From sequence record OR846233.1: a stretch of DNA of 1,183 bases; one strand, written 5' to 3'. Made by a program: the position numbers and the translations under genes. Shown here one piece after another: positions 1-1,183 of the stretch. Within the stretch, counting starts at the first letter, position 1, and the number at the start of each line of letters is the position of its first letter. Below the pieces are notes generated by a model. It searched no databases. It saw only the letters and a list, made by a program, of their open reading frames with translations, and was not told the DNA's origin. The stretch is from a phage.

Positions 1-408
1 AAAGATCTCTATCTGAATATCCGTCCGGATCAAATGCAAAACGAGACGCGTCTGAAGCGGATGTCGGCGGTAATTACGTTAGTTCTCGGCGCGTTGCTGC
101 TGCTTGCCGCCTGGAAGCCGCCAGAAATGATCATCTGGCTGAATTTGCTGGCCTTCGGTGGGCTGGAAGCCGTTTTCCTGTGGCCGCTGGTGCTGGGTCT
201 TTACTGGGAACGCGCCAACGCCAAAGGCGCGCTAAGTGCGATGATCGTTGGCGGCGTGCTGTATGCCGTACTCGCGACGCTGAATATTCAGTACCTGGGC
301 TTCCACCCTATCGTGCCCTCGTTACTACTAAGTTTGCTGGCTTTCCTGGTCGGAAACCGTTTCGGTACATCCGTCCCGCAAGCTACCGTTTTGACTACTG
401 ATAAATAA
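1..408 (+). CDS. panF: Sodium/pantothenate symporter (SSS family), C-terminal portion; 5'-truncated by the window edge
   Basis: Frame +1 is open from nt 1 ([11 protein letters not shown] precedes the ATG at 34) and ends at TAA 406-408, so the ATG at 34 is an internal Met, not the start. No SD-like motif precedes nt 34. The translation has four hydrophobic stretches of helix length (by eye, about nt 61-114, 127-207, 229-282, 310-354), as expected for the last transmembrane helices of a transporter, followed by a short polar tail ([17 protein letters not shown]). The sequence and its position directly upstream of prmA match the enterobacterial panF C-terminus as I recall it (established knowledge; not verified by search). 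Confidence 0.88.
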   Translation, partial: KDLYLNIRPDQMQNETRLKRMSAVITLVLGALLLLAAWKPPEMIIWLNLLAFGGLEAVFLWPLVLGLYWERANAKGALSAMIVGGVLYAVLATLNIQYLGFHPIVPSLLLSLLAFLVGNRFGTSVPQATVLTTDK

Positions 409-412
409 AGAG
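407..412 (+). promoter_or_regulatory. Probable ribosome-binding site (Shine-Dalgarno-like AAAGAG) for prmA
   Basis: Purine-rich AAAGAG at 407-412 gives a partial match to the SD core, 7 nt upstream of the prmA ATG at 420. It overlaps the last two bases of the panF stop codon (406-408). Confidence 0.45.
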
Positions 413-419
413 TTTTGCC

Positions 420-1183
420 ATGCCATGGATCCAATTGAAACTGAATACCACCGGCGCGAATGCTGAAGAGCTGAGTGATGCGCTGATGGAAGCGGGCGCC
501 GTTTCCATTACCTTTCAGGATACGCACGATACGCCGGTTTTTGAGCCGTTGCCGGGCGAAACCCGTCTGTGGGGCGATACCGATGTGATCGGTCTGTTCG
601 ACGCCGAAACCGACATGAAAGACGTTGTCGCGATTCTGGAGCAACATCCGCTGCTGGGTGCCGGATTTGCCCATAAAATCGAACAACTGGAAGATAAAGA
701 CTGGGAACGCGAATGGATGGATAATTTCCATCCGATGCGTTTTGGCGAGCGTCTGTGGATTTGTCCCAGCTGGCGTGACATTCCGGACGAGAATGCCGTC
801 AACGTGATGCTCGACCCGGGACTGGCGTTCGGTACGGGTACGCACCCCACCACCTCTTTATGTCTGCAATGGCTGGACGGGCTCGATCTCAACGGCAAAA
901 CCGTGATCGACTTTGGCTGCGGTTCAGGCATTCTGGCGATTGCCGCGCTGAAGCTGGGAGCGGCAAAGGCGATTGGTATTGATATCGATCCGCAAGCTAT
1001 TCAGGCCAGTCGCGATAATGCCGAACGCAACGGCGTGTCTGACCGGCTGGAGCTGTACCTGCCGAAAGACCAGCCAGAAGCCATGAAAGCCGACGTGGTC
1101 GTCGCTAACATCCTGGCAGGCCCATTACGCGAACTGGCCCCGTTAATCAGCGTACTGCCCGTTGAGGGCGGTCTGCTGGGGCT
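420..1183 (+). CDS. prmA: Ribosomal protein L11 methyltransferase (SAM-dependent), N-terminal ~254 codons; 3'-truncated by the window edge
   Basis: ATG at 420-422 opens a frame +3 reading frame that stays open to the window end (254 full codons). The translation begins [63 protein letters not shown], which I recognise as the enterobacterial PrmA N-terminus. It carries the PrmA-family [14 protein letters not shown] motif (nt 813-854), the class I methyltransferase glycine-rich SAM-binding motif [15 protein letters not shown] (GCGSG at nt 915-929) and the acidic motif IGIDID (nt 972-989). An SD-like AAAGAG lies 7 nt upstream of the ATG. Confidence 0.93.
   Translation, partial: MPWIQLKLNTTGANAEELSDALMEAGAVSITFQDTHDTPVFEPLPGETRLWGDTDVIGLFDAETDMKDVVAILEQHPLLGAGFAHKIEQLEDKDWEREWMDNFHPMRFGERLWICPSWRDIPDENAVNVMLDPGLAFGTGTHPTTSLCLQWLDGLDLNGKTVIDFGCGSGILAIAALKLGAAKAIGIDIDPQAIQASRDNAERNGVSDRLELYLPKDQPEAMKADVVVANILAGPLRELAPLISVLPVEGGLLG

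Noticed and set aside
70-110. Short CTG/GCC-rich repetitive stretch (ctgctgctgcttgccgcc)
   Set aside because: This is simply Leu/Ala codon repetition encoding a hydrophobic transmembrane helix of PanF, not a structured repeat, CRISPR or mobile-element terminus.
391-396. TTGACT hexamer resembling a sigma70 -35 element near the end of panF, considered as an internal prmA promoter
   Set aside because: No acceptable -10 hexamer lies 16-18 bp downstream (positions 413-420 read ttttgcca), and a transcript starting there would lack a leader for the SD at 407-412. Secondary prmA promoter activity may exist further upstream, but I cannot place one convincingly from sequence alone.
180-401. 73-aa plus-strand ORF in an alternative frame within panF
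   Set aside because: It overlaps the panF frame out of phase, and its Arg-rich translation is what a GC-rich codon sequence gives when read off-frame. No independent start signal.
422-432. Adjacent NcoI (CCATGG, 422-427) and BamHI (GGATCC, 427-432) sites at the prmA start codon, plus BglII (AGATCT, 3-8), which could suggest an engineered cloning junction
   Set aside because: The sites follow naturally from the native codons for Met-Pro-Trp-Ile-Gln (ATG CCA TGG ATC CAA), and the flanking sequence is contiguous native chromosome with no vector-like sequence. Coincidental.
625-807. 60-aa plus-strand ORF in an alternative frame within prmA
   Set aside because: Fully embedded out of frame in the conserved prmA coding sequence, with no SD and no recognisable product. 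Spurious.
288-845. 185-aa ORF on the minus strand spanning the panF/prmA junction
   Set aside because: It lies entirely antisense to two well-supported, conserved genes. Its translation is Arg/Thr/Gln-rich low-complexity sequence with no recognisable domain, and no plausible RBS is evident. Long antisense ORFs of this kind are a common artefact opposite real coding sequence.
515-931. 138-aa ORF on the minus strand inside prmA
   Set aside because: Antisense to the prmA reading frame; the product is Ser/Pro/Arg-rich with no recognisable motif. Judged a spurious open frame.

Overview
This window is an ordinary core-genome housekeeping junction from an enterobacterial chromosome (E. coli/Salmonella-like), and I find no evidence of a novel or undescribed system in it. 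It holds two same-strand genes: the 3' end of panF (sodium/pantothenate symporter, runs in from upstream, stop at 406-408) and the 5' part of prmA (ribosomal protein L11 methyltransferase, start at 420, runs out of the window). They are separated by an 11-nt spacer carrying a weak Shine-Dalgarno-like AAAGAG. The other three ORFs on the track (180..401 +, 288..845 -, 515..931 -, 625..807 +) lie in alternative frames of these two genes and are judged spurious. No RNA genes, mobile elements, CRISPR arrays, terminators or significant repeats were seen. Gene identities rest on my recall of the E. coli/Salmonella proteins, not on a database search.
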